Shown piece by piece: positions 1 to 10,921 of a DNA stretch of 64,000 nt. The notes below the pieces were generated by a model, which worked only from the letters and a program-made list of their open reading frames with translations, searched no databases and was not told the DNA's origin. The DNA comes from Oikopleura dioica (taxonomy: Eukaryota; Animalia; Chordata). The stretch spans positions 12,090,001-12,154,000 of the forward strand of contig OU015567.1 of assembly GCA_907165135.1 (NCBI GenBank), read 5' to 3'. The position numbers and the translations under genes were made by a program. Numbering within the stretch: the stretch's first letter is position 1; each line of letters begins with the position of its first letter.

Positions 1-553
1 TAGCGTTCGCCCACAGCCCTGTATTAGAAAAAAACCTCGATTGTGGTCAAAAATAACGCATCCGCTTTAATCAGCAGCCAGGGCCAATTTCGAACAATTT
101 AAAAATTTTTGCCCTTACCTCGAAAAATGAGCGAACTTGTGGGTCGGCCTTCTTTGAATCTGAGCTAGCAAAATACGATCATTAAATTTTGTGGATGTGA
201 ACACTTTGCTACGGCCCTTGAGTTGACGGGTTAAATTGAAGAAGTCGCCGGCGTCGATTTCCGGAATTGGTGGTTTTGGGTCTGAAAAAAACACTATTTT
301 TGTGAATTTGAAAATTTAATTAGCAATAATTTGCATAAAAAAGGATACTTACTAGCACTGAGCATTTGTCTAGCTCGTTCCTTGTCCGTTGTACTCTGTT
401 TTCGTTTCCTGAAAATGTTAGAAACAATTTATTTTGAAAGTGTGGAAGTGAACAAGTTTGGATTCGCGTGATTTTTCGAAATTATGCGAAACACGTGTTC
501 GATAATATTGAATCCGTAACAAGCTGTGAATCCATTCTTAGAACACTCGAAAT
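1..553 (-). CDS. 3'-running part of an unidentified multi-exon gene (exons 454-553, 353-408, 119-281; continues off the left edge)
   Basis: GT-AG introns 409-453 (45 nt) and 282-352 (71 nt) and a GTAAGG donor at 118, all phase-compatible, give ...FECSKNGFTACYGFNIIEHVFRIISKNHANPNLKRKQSTTDKERARQMLSARPKPPIPEIDAGDFFNLTRQLKGRSKVFTSTKFNDRILLAQIQRRPTHKFAHFS... No family recognised; 5' exons unresolved. Confidence 0.5.
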
Positions 554-2760
554 CTGACTAATTCTTAAACGATCAGCAGGAGCAGTTTCTTATCGTGTTC
601 AAAGGTTACCAAAGGAGTGCGATAAGCGACGAGGGGTTAAGGGAATTCCCTTACACGCCACAAGTAATTTTACAACATTCTAAAATCATTATCGAACTCT
701 TTGATAACCTCTCATTCTTGTCCTAATTGTTAAAATATTCGTCCTAGTTTCTCCAAAAACAACATAAAACATGAACGTTAGTCGATTGTGCAACACTTAA
801 TTTTTGAGCAGATATATCAAAGAAGATCATATTTTACGTTTTTACCGTTTATATGAGCTTCGCTACAGGCCTCGTCATCCTTTTGACATTTCGCTTTTTC
901 TTGCTTTTGTCTTTGTAAACGATGAGAAATTCCAGTGTCAAAATTTTTTACCACGAAGATATTTCACACGTAAATTTGAACCAGTATTGGTTCATTGTAA
1001 ACACGCAATGCTGGCTAATCAGGTACTGATTGCCCTGTATGTTACAGTTCTACTTGCAGAAGAATTTCTTCTCCGCGCTTTTTCATTCTTGAAATCGCGA
1101 ATTTCAAGAATCAAAGCTGATTTTTGGCCATTTTTTTCTCACAATTTTCTGAATTGAACGATCGTCGCTATCAGGTGTTGGAAACTGTATCTGAAGAAGA
1201 GCAAGCAGGGGACGACCATAACCTAAAATCGTTGATTTTGAGAAGATTAAAGGTATTTTGATTTTGAAGCGCCATAAAAACTATTTCAGACTTTTTAATG
1301 AGATAAAGCGGTCGCTGTAAAATCATCAATAAAATCAGCCTCAATGAAAGAAAAAGGCCGACATTCCTATGATTTGAAATGAAGATCACGTTTTTGTTAT
1401 TTCTTGTGACGTGAGATAAAGTAACCTGCCCGGACGCTTTAGGACAGTGATCTTTTTTCGAGGGGATCTGCTTCACTTCAGGACGGAAGTGGCACGTGAC
1501 GCGGCCGGACAGATGAGACGTGCTCGGAAAAATACCACCAGAAAATGGTCGACATTGGGATAGAACAACTTCCGCAACTTACTCAAAGTCAAAAAACGAA
1601 GCAGAGGGAAGGCTTCAAACCTTCCAAAACCGGAAAAACTTTTCGGAAAACTTTCTAAACCTGTCTTTTTTGATTAAAAAATGACGACAAATTTGAGTAA
1701 AATTTTTAACCAATCAGATGTCCGCATTCAGCCGCTAGTCCAATCAGATTTTAGGAAAAACTTGAGTTATTTTTCGCATTTTTTGTCGATTTGGGTATGT
1801 AAATTTTTCATCATTGACTCAAGTGGAGAATAACTGCGCTAAAAAGTCCTCAAAAAAGCTTATTCAAAAGCTTAAAAAGCTCTTAACTTGCAAATTTCAA
1901 TGGAGATTTATTCGATGAGCCCCCGAAAAGCAAGCTCTTTTATTTATTGTTGGCTTTAATCTTGCCTTTGGGAAACTTTCAAAGCGCAGGTCGCAGTCCC
2001 TTATCTCTTGTGCCTAAGGTTCCTTAATTCGCGATTTGTCGATTTCAAATCCGCCACAAAGACGTATTGAAGGGATCTTTCTAAAGCACAGATAAGGGAT
2101 TAATTTATAAACGTGAATGGAGACACTCTGTGAGCTAAATAGCTACCGGTTGATAAAAACTAGCAACGAGCCGGGCGAGTCGGAATCTGACTTGTAAATC
2201 CGGAAAGACACAAAGAATTTAACGAAACGCACTTCAAACAGGTGAATAATATGATCAGGTTTCTCGCTAAATAACTGTATCTTACCATTGACCACAAGGA
2301 GACAAAAATAGCAGCTGCGATTCTCTGCATCGGCCACTGACTGACAGAATCTTCTGAATCTAAAAAAGTAGATTTGAGAAAGCCTCTTTCTTCCCCCGTT
2401 ATTTGCGGCGTTTTGAAAATTAAACCCAAAAGATGTGGCCAAGGGAAGTGATTAGTATTCTTAATCTGGCAGATTTAACCACGTGACGCTCGATGTGAGG
2501 TTGGAAGAAGGATGCAAATGAATTAAAAAATAGTCTACGGTAGATAATCAACCCTCGGCCGAGTGGCCTGTGCTGACCTTTTCGGTGCAGCTTACAGTTA
2601 ACTTATCCAAAGATGAGTTAACAATTTTTGGCGAAATGATATTCACATTTTTTTTTTCGTGTAAACGTTCAAGTTCGCCTGAGCTCCTTTTTATAAAAAA
2701 ATGGCCAAAAGGGAGGCTAATCCAAGACGTGTCAAATAATGGTCAAAATGCGCGAAGAGG

Positions 2761-3528
2761 TTAAACAGGCGCCTCGGAATCCTCCTTATCATAATCTATG
2801 TAAAGTGGGTCGTCTCCTTAACTCACAAATCATAATCCAAGTACGTGTTCGTGTTTCTCAACTCGACGCCCTTATTAACCCTTTTGCTCAGACTGCTCCC
2901 AGACAATTGCAAAAATTAATACTGCATTAGCTCGTGTCATTTCTCGCTCGGTCACTCTTTCGAAATCTTGGAAGAAAAAATATAGCAGGAAACGATGATT
3001 ACGAGCTGGTTATTGCTAAGAAACGTGCCTTGAGTAGCTTTTTAATTAGCCTTTTTTCGATATCAACAGCTGCGTATAATTATGATCGGTGCATTATAAG
3101 TAACAACTTGCACTTATAAGCATTTCTGATTTTCCGAGTGCCCCACTCTCTAAGTTGATTAATTATTATTGCAAGGTTCCAGAAAGCCAAAATTAAATTT
3201 GGAAATAAAATCTCGTGCCAGCTGCTTTTTATCCCTCCAGAAAAAAACTCGTGATTATCGGATCAAAAGGCCACGTCTCTCTCCATTTTTTAAATTTACC
3301 CATCTCAGGTGCTTTCTCTAGCTTCATCCTTTCTTTCTCTTCTGAGCTAGTAATGACAGAAGTTGGGCTAAAACTCGAGCAAAATATGGGACCCAGTGCG
3401 GCTGAATCTCTTATTCAAAAGGCCGTTCATAATTGAAGCCGGGTAAAAAGCAGATCTCGAGGCCAATATTATTGACAAAATAATCAAATTAAAATTAACT
3501 TTCACTTACCTTTACTGTCGTTTGCCAT
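2761..3528 (-). CDS. putative small 5-exon orphan protein (about 100 aa) with one short hydrophobic stretch
   Basis: ATG at 3528 (MANDSK, GTAAGT donor). Exons 3300-3401, one starting at 3069 and a last exon 2761-2816 join in phase through GT-AG introns to give MANDSKAALGP...EKAPEMAVDIEKRLIKKLLKAHFERVTEREMTRANAVLIFAIVWEQSEQKGDDPLYIDYDKEDSEAPV*. Manual model only. Confidence 0.4.
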
Positions 3529-4080
3529 GTTTATTTTCTTTCTGACTGTAGGTTTATCTGTTTTTAGAGCAGAAGGACGTGTCAGTAACGAAACGGAATA
3601 AATAACTCGATTTTCATCTGCCACAAAATAGACAAAAAATCAATTGAAATGAGTGAAATGCATTTCAAAGATTGCCCAAGCTCAATAATCCCGAAATAAT
3701 CTTTTTCAAGCAAGATTTATGTACATGTCTTCCTCTCACCGATGAATTTATATAGATGCACTTTGACACCTGACGAATGAAGGGTTGAAATGTGTACATT
3801 CATTTGAATAATGCAGTAAAAGTTATACTTAACAATTTCTGGCCAGAAAAGGAGTGATAGTTGAGGTATATGTCCGTTAAAGTAGGAACACGCTTTTCTA
3901 ATATTTGAACTGTTATTTGATTTATTAAGACAATCGGGAGTTCACGGTCCCCAATTTACGTAACCCCTCATTGTTGTTGTTCCCTTATTTACCCCAGGTA
4001 AATACGAATTTAGCTGATCTTGTTTGACTGACTCTAATTCCATCAATTCCGATATTGAGAAAAAAATCATAAATGAAAAA

Positions 4081-7000
4081 ATGATTTGGGACTATTTATT
4101 CGGTACTCAGAAAGCAGACCAAAGGAGCGGGCAAAAACGAGTAAAAGTCGCATCTAGAATTTTTGGAGATTTGCCTCGAGTAGCTCAATAAACGATAAGA
4201 GCGCGATTTGCGGAGGACTCCATTTCAGGTCAGTTCGGAAATCCCCCCTCGAAGATAAACAAAACCTTAAATTCCCTCCTTTTTGATAGTTATTTTTGTT
4301 TTCTTCCCGCTTCTTTTTAATCTTTCTTCAGCCTTCGTTTTTCGTTGTTCTGTTACTTTCTAATTTCATTATTCAGAAACCGCCCGCTCGAGGATCCACA
4401 GCAACTTCAGTCTGTTGAAATAGAATCCAAAGAAAAAATCCGCCGGAGCGTACTCTGCGGTAAAGAAGGTCTCTGGAAAGGAAATTCGGCTAAAGAAAAA
4501 TCATCTTTTTCATAATAATGATTCACTACAAAAACTAAGAATTTACCGAGTTACAGTTCCCCCGGATGCGCCGCAAACGATCCTGGCATGTTTCGAAAAC
4601 GGGTTGAAAATCTCACGTGACCGCGTGGTCTGCGGCCTGCCCCAGCTGAGTGATTACAAAAAACGAACCTTTATTACTCTAAATTATGCTTCGATCGACA
4701 ACAAATGGCCGTCATCTTCTATTTTCGCGAAAATAGACGAAAAGCATTTAGAACGCATATTTTTCGACCCCCTTGCTCGTTTTGTAAACTTCAATTACAA
4801 TTTTTCCATAATAATTATTCCCCATAAATCATCATTTCTGGGTGAAAATAAGGGTGGTCTTAGGTCGCAAAGGAGCTAAATTTATGTCAATTGCTACCCA
4901 CTTTCTGACTCATATTTAAATTCTAGACAAAGAACTCTGGTTAGGGTTAGGGTTAGGGTTAGGGTCAGTCATGTAGTCATGTCACTAGTCATGTGGCTAG
5001 CTTTAACCCACCCGGGAGTTCTGACCCTCTAAGTGCTCAAGAAGGTGTCCTTTTAAAAAATTCCAATCTTTTTAAACCTCTTTTTTTCGATAACGCTCCA
5101 AAACTGGATTTTTAAAGCGTCCAAGACTCCCAATTTTCTCAAGCTGTCTTGACTCACGTTTGTTTTATCTGTTTTATAAAGCTTATTTCCTCAAGACTTG
5201 AACTCACCGTTTAAAAAAAGGGATAAGAATTACGAAAGGTAGCGCGAGATGCGGTAATTTGTTGGTTTAGTTATCAACTGGCGCGCGTGAGGAAGGTGTC
5301 CTTTACAATTCAAGGGGGCCCTTAATTTCGCTCAAATAACTTGCTCGAGCTCAAACACTTCATGCGGCACCTGGCCATTTTCAAACTTCTAAAGGTTCTT
5401 CCTAGAATTTCGGCGCTTATCATATAATCAGATTATAATCCTTAGTAATAGAAAAGCTTTTTTTGTAATCTCCGGAAGTCCGATGGAACGTACAAAACAA
5501 TCACTTATGATCAACTAAACGAAGACATTCAAATGGCTGCGAAGGCCTTTCAAAAAATGGATCTCCTTCCAAAAGAAGATAAATTCGCCATTTTCAGTCA
5601 AAACTGCTACCAATACGACGCTGCTATTCTAGGAGGAAAGGTGTCTTGCTTAAAATTACCGTAAAATGCCTTTAGAAAGCTCTAGGTTCACAAACGTTGA
5701 CGGAAAAGTTTGTCGTTTGTGACATTCCCTCGGAAGAGAAAAAACGAGGAGGAGTTAAATTTAGAAACATCTGATCGTGCTTCTTTGCATATCTTTTGCA
5801 AATTGTGTTATGGAAAGTTTTATGGAAATTTTCGGCAAATTTTAAACCGCGCCCAGCGTTTTTTTTCCTCAACGACAAGGTTTAGAAAATCGAATCAGAT
5901 CACGTGGGACAAATAGAAATGCTTATCATCCATTTTCTATATTATCCTTTTATTTTTATAATAGTCAAAATTGTCATGTGAATTAAGACTTGAGAATGCT
6001 AAAATCGTTTGAGCTTTTTCGCAAGGGCCAAAATAGAAATAATGGAAGAACAAAGTAGACCCTTTGTCCACTCTTAAATGACACCTCCTGGCAGGCTACT
6101 ACCGCAACTTGTGTAACGTCAGTCCAGGGATACGTAACGCTGTGGTAGACTCGCTCTTTCCACTCCAAAAAATCAAAGTTCACGCGCAAAACAGTACTCC
6201 TCGGCGTGACAAAAAAGTGTGAGCAGTTTTCCTTCTGCTTATCGCATTTATCGGGGTTCTGGAGGCTCCCTCCAGTCGGTATGTATGGGCTGCAATTTTC
6301 AAGAGGAGATAAGTCCACCCGACCAAACGTAATTCTGCGGTCGCCTCATCCTTTTTTTCGTCACCGCTGCACGCGATGGTCAATTTTTTCCACTTTCAAA
6401 AAGCCAGAAAAAATCTACCGATAGTTTATCTTCTCAACTACTGAGGCGTCATTTTTTGAAAAGAACTGTGTTTCAAAAATTCGTCAAGGTATCGATGGAG
6501 ATATCGGTGAATATTGATAAGTGAGTTAAGGCCTCGAAAATTCGCATTTCCTAAATTGGCCAGGTTTTGGTACTTCAGAGGTTCCTAAATGCCCTCAGGG
6601 TACGTGATTACCCCCCCCCACTATCAGTAGTCAAAATGATCCCCAGCTTCTGGGGATTCTAAATCTGTATTATACTCCTACCCGACTATGCTAGAAAAAA
6701 AGCTCAATTATTAGTGATTTCCCCTACGAATATTGATCTCTTGACCATAATTTTGGGTAAAATTTCTGAGAAGCCGTATTTGGTAATTTAAGAACGAAAC
6801 GCCTAATTTTCAGTAAAATATTATCAATCCCACGTAAACCCTCCACGATGCCCATATCTAGCGATAAAGGCTATACTAAGACTTTGTAAGTACATAACGT
6901 TATCCCTGCGATAAGTCTCTACGATACGCTTGGAAATGATGCTGTCAGGTATATCCTTAATCACATCGAGGCAAAGTGCGTTTTTGTTGGAGACGAAAAG

Positions 7001-10000
7001 AAGCTCGATGCGATTTTGGAAATTGCCGAAGACTTGCATTTCTTACGATTCATCGTGACTTTTGAAGGTCTTTGGGTGGCGCTTTCCGTATTCTAGAGCC
7101 CTCTTCATATCCCCTTACATGAAAGTACATGAGATTTGAACGGATCTACGCCCTCGTTAGACGATGATTTCAAAGGGAATTTTCCGCCCACCCAACTTAC
7201 AGAATCTCCTTCCAATAAAACGAACACGAATCATGGAAAGATCAAAATCATCTCCTGGGAAGAGTTTTTATCCTCCGGAGCGGATGTCAATCTTGTCGAA
7301 AGAAAACCGTCTGCCAAGGCATATAGTTTCAATACAAAACAGTAGAGGAGAGTCTTAAAATCAGCGTTTAAATTTTAAAGCTCATGATATTTTATTTAAT
7401 AAGTTTTAGAAACTAAACTCAGGACATTGCGACGATCAATTATACTTCAGGGACGACGGGCAACCCAAAGGCAAAATTTCATGCTTCATCTTAAATTCTT
7501 AACTTATGCAATATCATTTTTTATGGGGAAAACATAATTTTATATGCTCCTCATTACCCGTGGCTAAAACAGTAAGCCTCGCTAAGTGTAATTTCAGGGT
7601 GCTGTCTTGTCCCACGAAAACGTTACAACCCTGGCGCTGGGAATTATCACGTGGTTCCTCCCTCAGCCCATCGGCTACAATGAAAGATGGTTTAGCTACC
7701 TGCCAATGGCGCATGTTTTCGAGCGATCTGTCAGGTTTGTGTTTCTCATAAAGGGGTTTGATTTTTGATTGGACTTTTTATAAGGACTACTGAGTCTACG
7801 CCTACTTATCTAAACATTGAGCCAAAGGAAGAGCACCTTCCGGATTCCACCAGGATCTTGCTCCTTGAGATCATTGGTCACGTGGCTTGCGCGGTCAAAT
7901 CCTAAATACCATATTTATTTAAGCTTGTGATTTGCGATATTGCAGCTAAGGCGCTTGTTGAGTAACGTTTCCTTTGAAGGTGTATCATTTTCACGGTGGG
8001 GGCGCAATTTTGGTTTTCCTCCGGTAATCTACTGAAGCTGCTCGATGAGCTGGCCATCGTCCAGCCGACTGTCTTCGGCACTGTTCCACGTGTTACGAAC
8101 AGACTTTATGACAGAATCAAGGAACTAGCTCTTAACATCAAAATATTCATCCGTCCCAATTTTTACACTGAATATGCTCTGTTTTTTAATGTAAGAAAAA
8201 TTCGGTTTCGGCAAAATAATAGTCTATCAACAAATAATCTCAGGATAGTTAAGGAGGCACTTAGTCTCTGAAACTTATTGCGCTAAAAATGGATTTACCA
8301 GGACAACCCTCATCAGACGTATCTTGAGCTTCGACAAGGCTGCTATGGCAGAGAGTCCTTCAAAGAACTGGCTGATATCTTTTGCTCAAAGTGCAAAGCG
8401 AAACCTGCTGAATCGTGGTATAGGAAGGTCAAAAAATAAACTGATAAGAATCTTATCAACGATGATAGTCAAAATAAAGCAACTAACGGTCGTTGTTCTT
8501 GTATTTTGCCAACTTTAACTACATTTTCTAAGCGACGGTGTTAGAAATCCGTTAGATATAGTGTCAAGCAAGAGAGGATAATACAGCTGTAATTCATTTA
8601 AATATAGTTTTGACCTGACTGCAAGTGACTCGCGAGACTTGGTGGGACTACTTTGTCCTGTCGAAGATTCAGAAGCTGGTGGGCGGCAAAGTGCATACAT
8701 GGGTATCTGGAGCCGCGCCGCTAGTAATCGGATGCCAAATCGCCTCTTAGAGTCGCCGGATAAGCCCCTCCACACCTTGTTTAACCCTAAGCCGCCATTA
8801 CACTTCCGCAAAGATGGCCACAGCGCCACGGAAGGTTTAGAAAAGTGTGTGCTTATCGATTCTACTGTAAATCCGAAAAACGAACGAGCAAAAACGAGAT
8901 TCGTAAATCTCGCTTTAGAAATCCTTCCCTGTAGTCAAAATCCGTCCTCGGAATAATCGTGGAAAAAGTAATGATAGGGATTCACGGCTTTGAGCCCTAG
9001 ATTTTTCTTCTATCCATAAATTTTCGTGTTATCGGCGTAGCTTAGGTCTCAGATGACCTGTTTGGTCGAAGATAGGTGAAAAGAGTTTAAACTTTATCAA
9101 TTTATTTGGAGTTATTATTAACGCTTAAATTTGAATAATTAGTAATTATTTTAATTTGTCAATCCGTTCAACAGACCCAAAAGTCCGCGCTTTTGTCCGC
9201 GAAATTTTCGGCTGCCACGTGATTGAATCTTACGGTACAACGGAAAATGTTGGCTGTGGTTGCGCCACAACTTTTACCAATTTTACCGTCGATGATGGCT
9301 CTGTCGGTCCCCCGCAGCCCTGGAATGAAGTAAAGCTGGTGTCTGTTCCCGAAATGGATTATTTCGCGGAAGACAATTGTGGCGAAATTTGCTTCCGAGG
9401 GGCAAATACGATGCTGGGCTACTTTAAAGAGCCGGAGAAGTAAGCACGATTTGGTAATGTCTAAGTAAGAGTGGGCAATAAGAGAGGAGCCTGAAAGGTG
9501 AGCCGCCTGAGCCGTCCTAATTCTTTTGAACCAGTTATCGAACGTGACACCAGCGTCTGATCCATCGGCCCGAGAATACCCTTAACTCTTAAAACGGGCT
9601 CAGCTCCTCCCAGGACACGGGAAGGCATTCCCCGGAATCGTATATCATCTTTTTATCCAGATCATTTAGGACACGGGAAACGATTGACAATGACGGCTGG
9701 CTCCATACAGGAGATATTGGAAGATGGGACCAGTATGGAAATTTGCACATTTTTGACAGAAAAAAGAATATTTATAAACTTGCTCAGGTATTGTTACTTA
9801 GCTAATGAAAATTTTAACCTTTCATTTTGTCATTTGATTAGGCTTTTCTTTTATTTTTTAGCAGGAACTGTGCATAAAACAATATTATCGTGCCAATATC
9901 CCGTTATATCACTCGTTTTTGTGTTAAATATTATGTCAATGTTTCGAAAACACCTAGAAACGGATGGCGAATCGGCCGAGAGGAATGAGTAGCTTCTTAA

Positions 10001-10592
10001 AACACCGGATCTTTACTTTTGTGTATTCGAGATTAAACTGTAGTTGGAATAAGTCTATCCGCTTGACCATAAAAATGCGCCCGGGCGCTACTCGTGAATT
10101 ATTAATTCATTTAGGGAGAATACGTCGCTCCAGAAAAGATCGAAGGAGTGCTTGGAAAGCATCCTTTGGTAGAACAAATTTTTGGTAAGCTTTTTTTTAA
10201 TGATTTTTCTCTTCATTCTTCGTTAATTTTAGTCTGGGGAAGCAGCTATCATCACTACAATGTCGCAGTTTTGGTTTTTTCAAAAGAAGTGCTTCGGAAA
10301 AAATTTGGCAGCGAGTCTGTTAGTTTGGAATCGGACGAGTTACTTGCTTGGGTTCACGCTGAAATTGAACAGTATGGGCGCTCAGAGGGATTAAAAGGAT
10401 TTGAAATTCCAAAAAGGATCATCATGGAGCAAATCGCATTCACGGTACGGCCAGCGTTAGAAAAAGTTCTAAAAAGGAAATTACTCATTTGTTCAGGTGG
10501 ATAACGGGCTCCTAACACCAACGCAAAAGGCCAAACGCCCAGCAATCTACAAGAAGTACAAACCGCAGATTGATGATTTGTATAACAAATAA
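4081..10592 (+). CDS. ACSL: long-chain fatty acyl-CoA synthetase (ACSL1/5/6-like, ANL adenylate-forming superfamily), about 17 exons
   Basis: Conserved motifs in order: QSVEIE..RRS (4377-), SLYDTLG (6891-7067), [11 protein letters not shown] (7423-7470 into 7598), [11 protein letters not shown] (7598-7734), [11 protein letters not shown] (7980-8121), SGAAPL (8626-8724), IESYGTTE and GEICFRG (9175-9439), GWLHTGDIG and [11 protein letters not shown] (9670-9787), [10 protein letters not shown] (10115-10184), GLKGFEIPK (10233-10444), [11 protein letters not shown]...YNK* (10497-10592). The 5' exons (4081-4140, 4200-4228) are in phase but less certain. Junctions 4470-5452 and 5635-6891 are approximate. 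Confidence 0.93.
4939..5028. repeat. interstitial (TTAGGG)4 followed by three AGTCATG units, enclosed by an 8-bp inverted repeat
   Basis: TTAGGG x4 at 4941-4964; AGTCATG at 4967, 4975 and 4987; AGGGTCAG (4961-4968) pairs with CTGACCCT (5021-5028). Lies in an ACSL intron. Confidence 0.8.
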
Positions 10593-10750
10593 ACTTTTTT
10601 AATAATACTTGAGTTTCGTTTGATTTGACAAGAGATTTGCGAGCACTTTTAAAATTTATTCGAAGAGAGTGGCAGAAATGATAGTCAGATAAACAAATCT
10701 CTGTCTCAGCTCGAAAAAGTCTAATCAAAATTGAGGTTATTTTCGGCCAA

Positions 10751-10921
10751 AATTTGGGGATGGGACTGGAACCGACAAAAAAATTTCAACAAATTTTGCG
10801 TGGAAATTTTCAACCAATCAGGAGCCTGGATTCAGCAAACCGGCCAATCAGCAGCCGATTAGCCGCCCACGCAAAATTTGTCGAAATTTTTTTGTCGGTT
10901 CCAGATACCATCCCCGAAATT
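10751..10921. mobile_element. palindromic MITE-like element (about 170 bp) with roughly 53-55 bp arms
   Basis: Left arm 10751-10803 AATTTGGGGATGGGACTGGAACCGACAAAAAAATTTCAACAAATTTTGCGTGG is the near-perfect reverse complement of 10867-10921. Two CCAATCAG motifs inside (10814, 10844). No clean TSD. Confidence 0.75.

Noticed and set aside
804-1476. 117-aa (+) and 101-aa (-) ORFs from the track
   Set aside because: They have no ATG start, no motif, and no splice-phase link to neighbouring exons.
2890-3436. + strand UPF1/DNA2-like helicase C-terminus (KINTALAR ... KKLVIIGS)
   Set aside because: The motifs could not be joined with acceptable splice sites and no upstream helicase motifs exist. The - strand gives a fully phase-consistent model.
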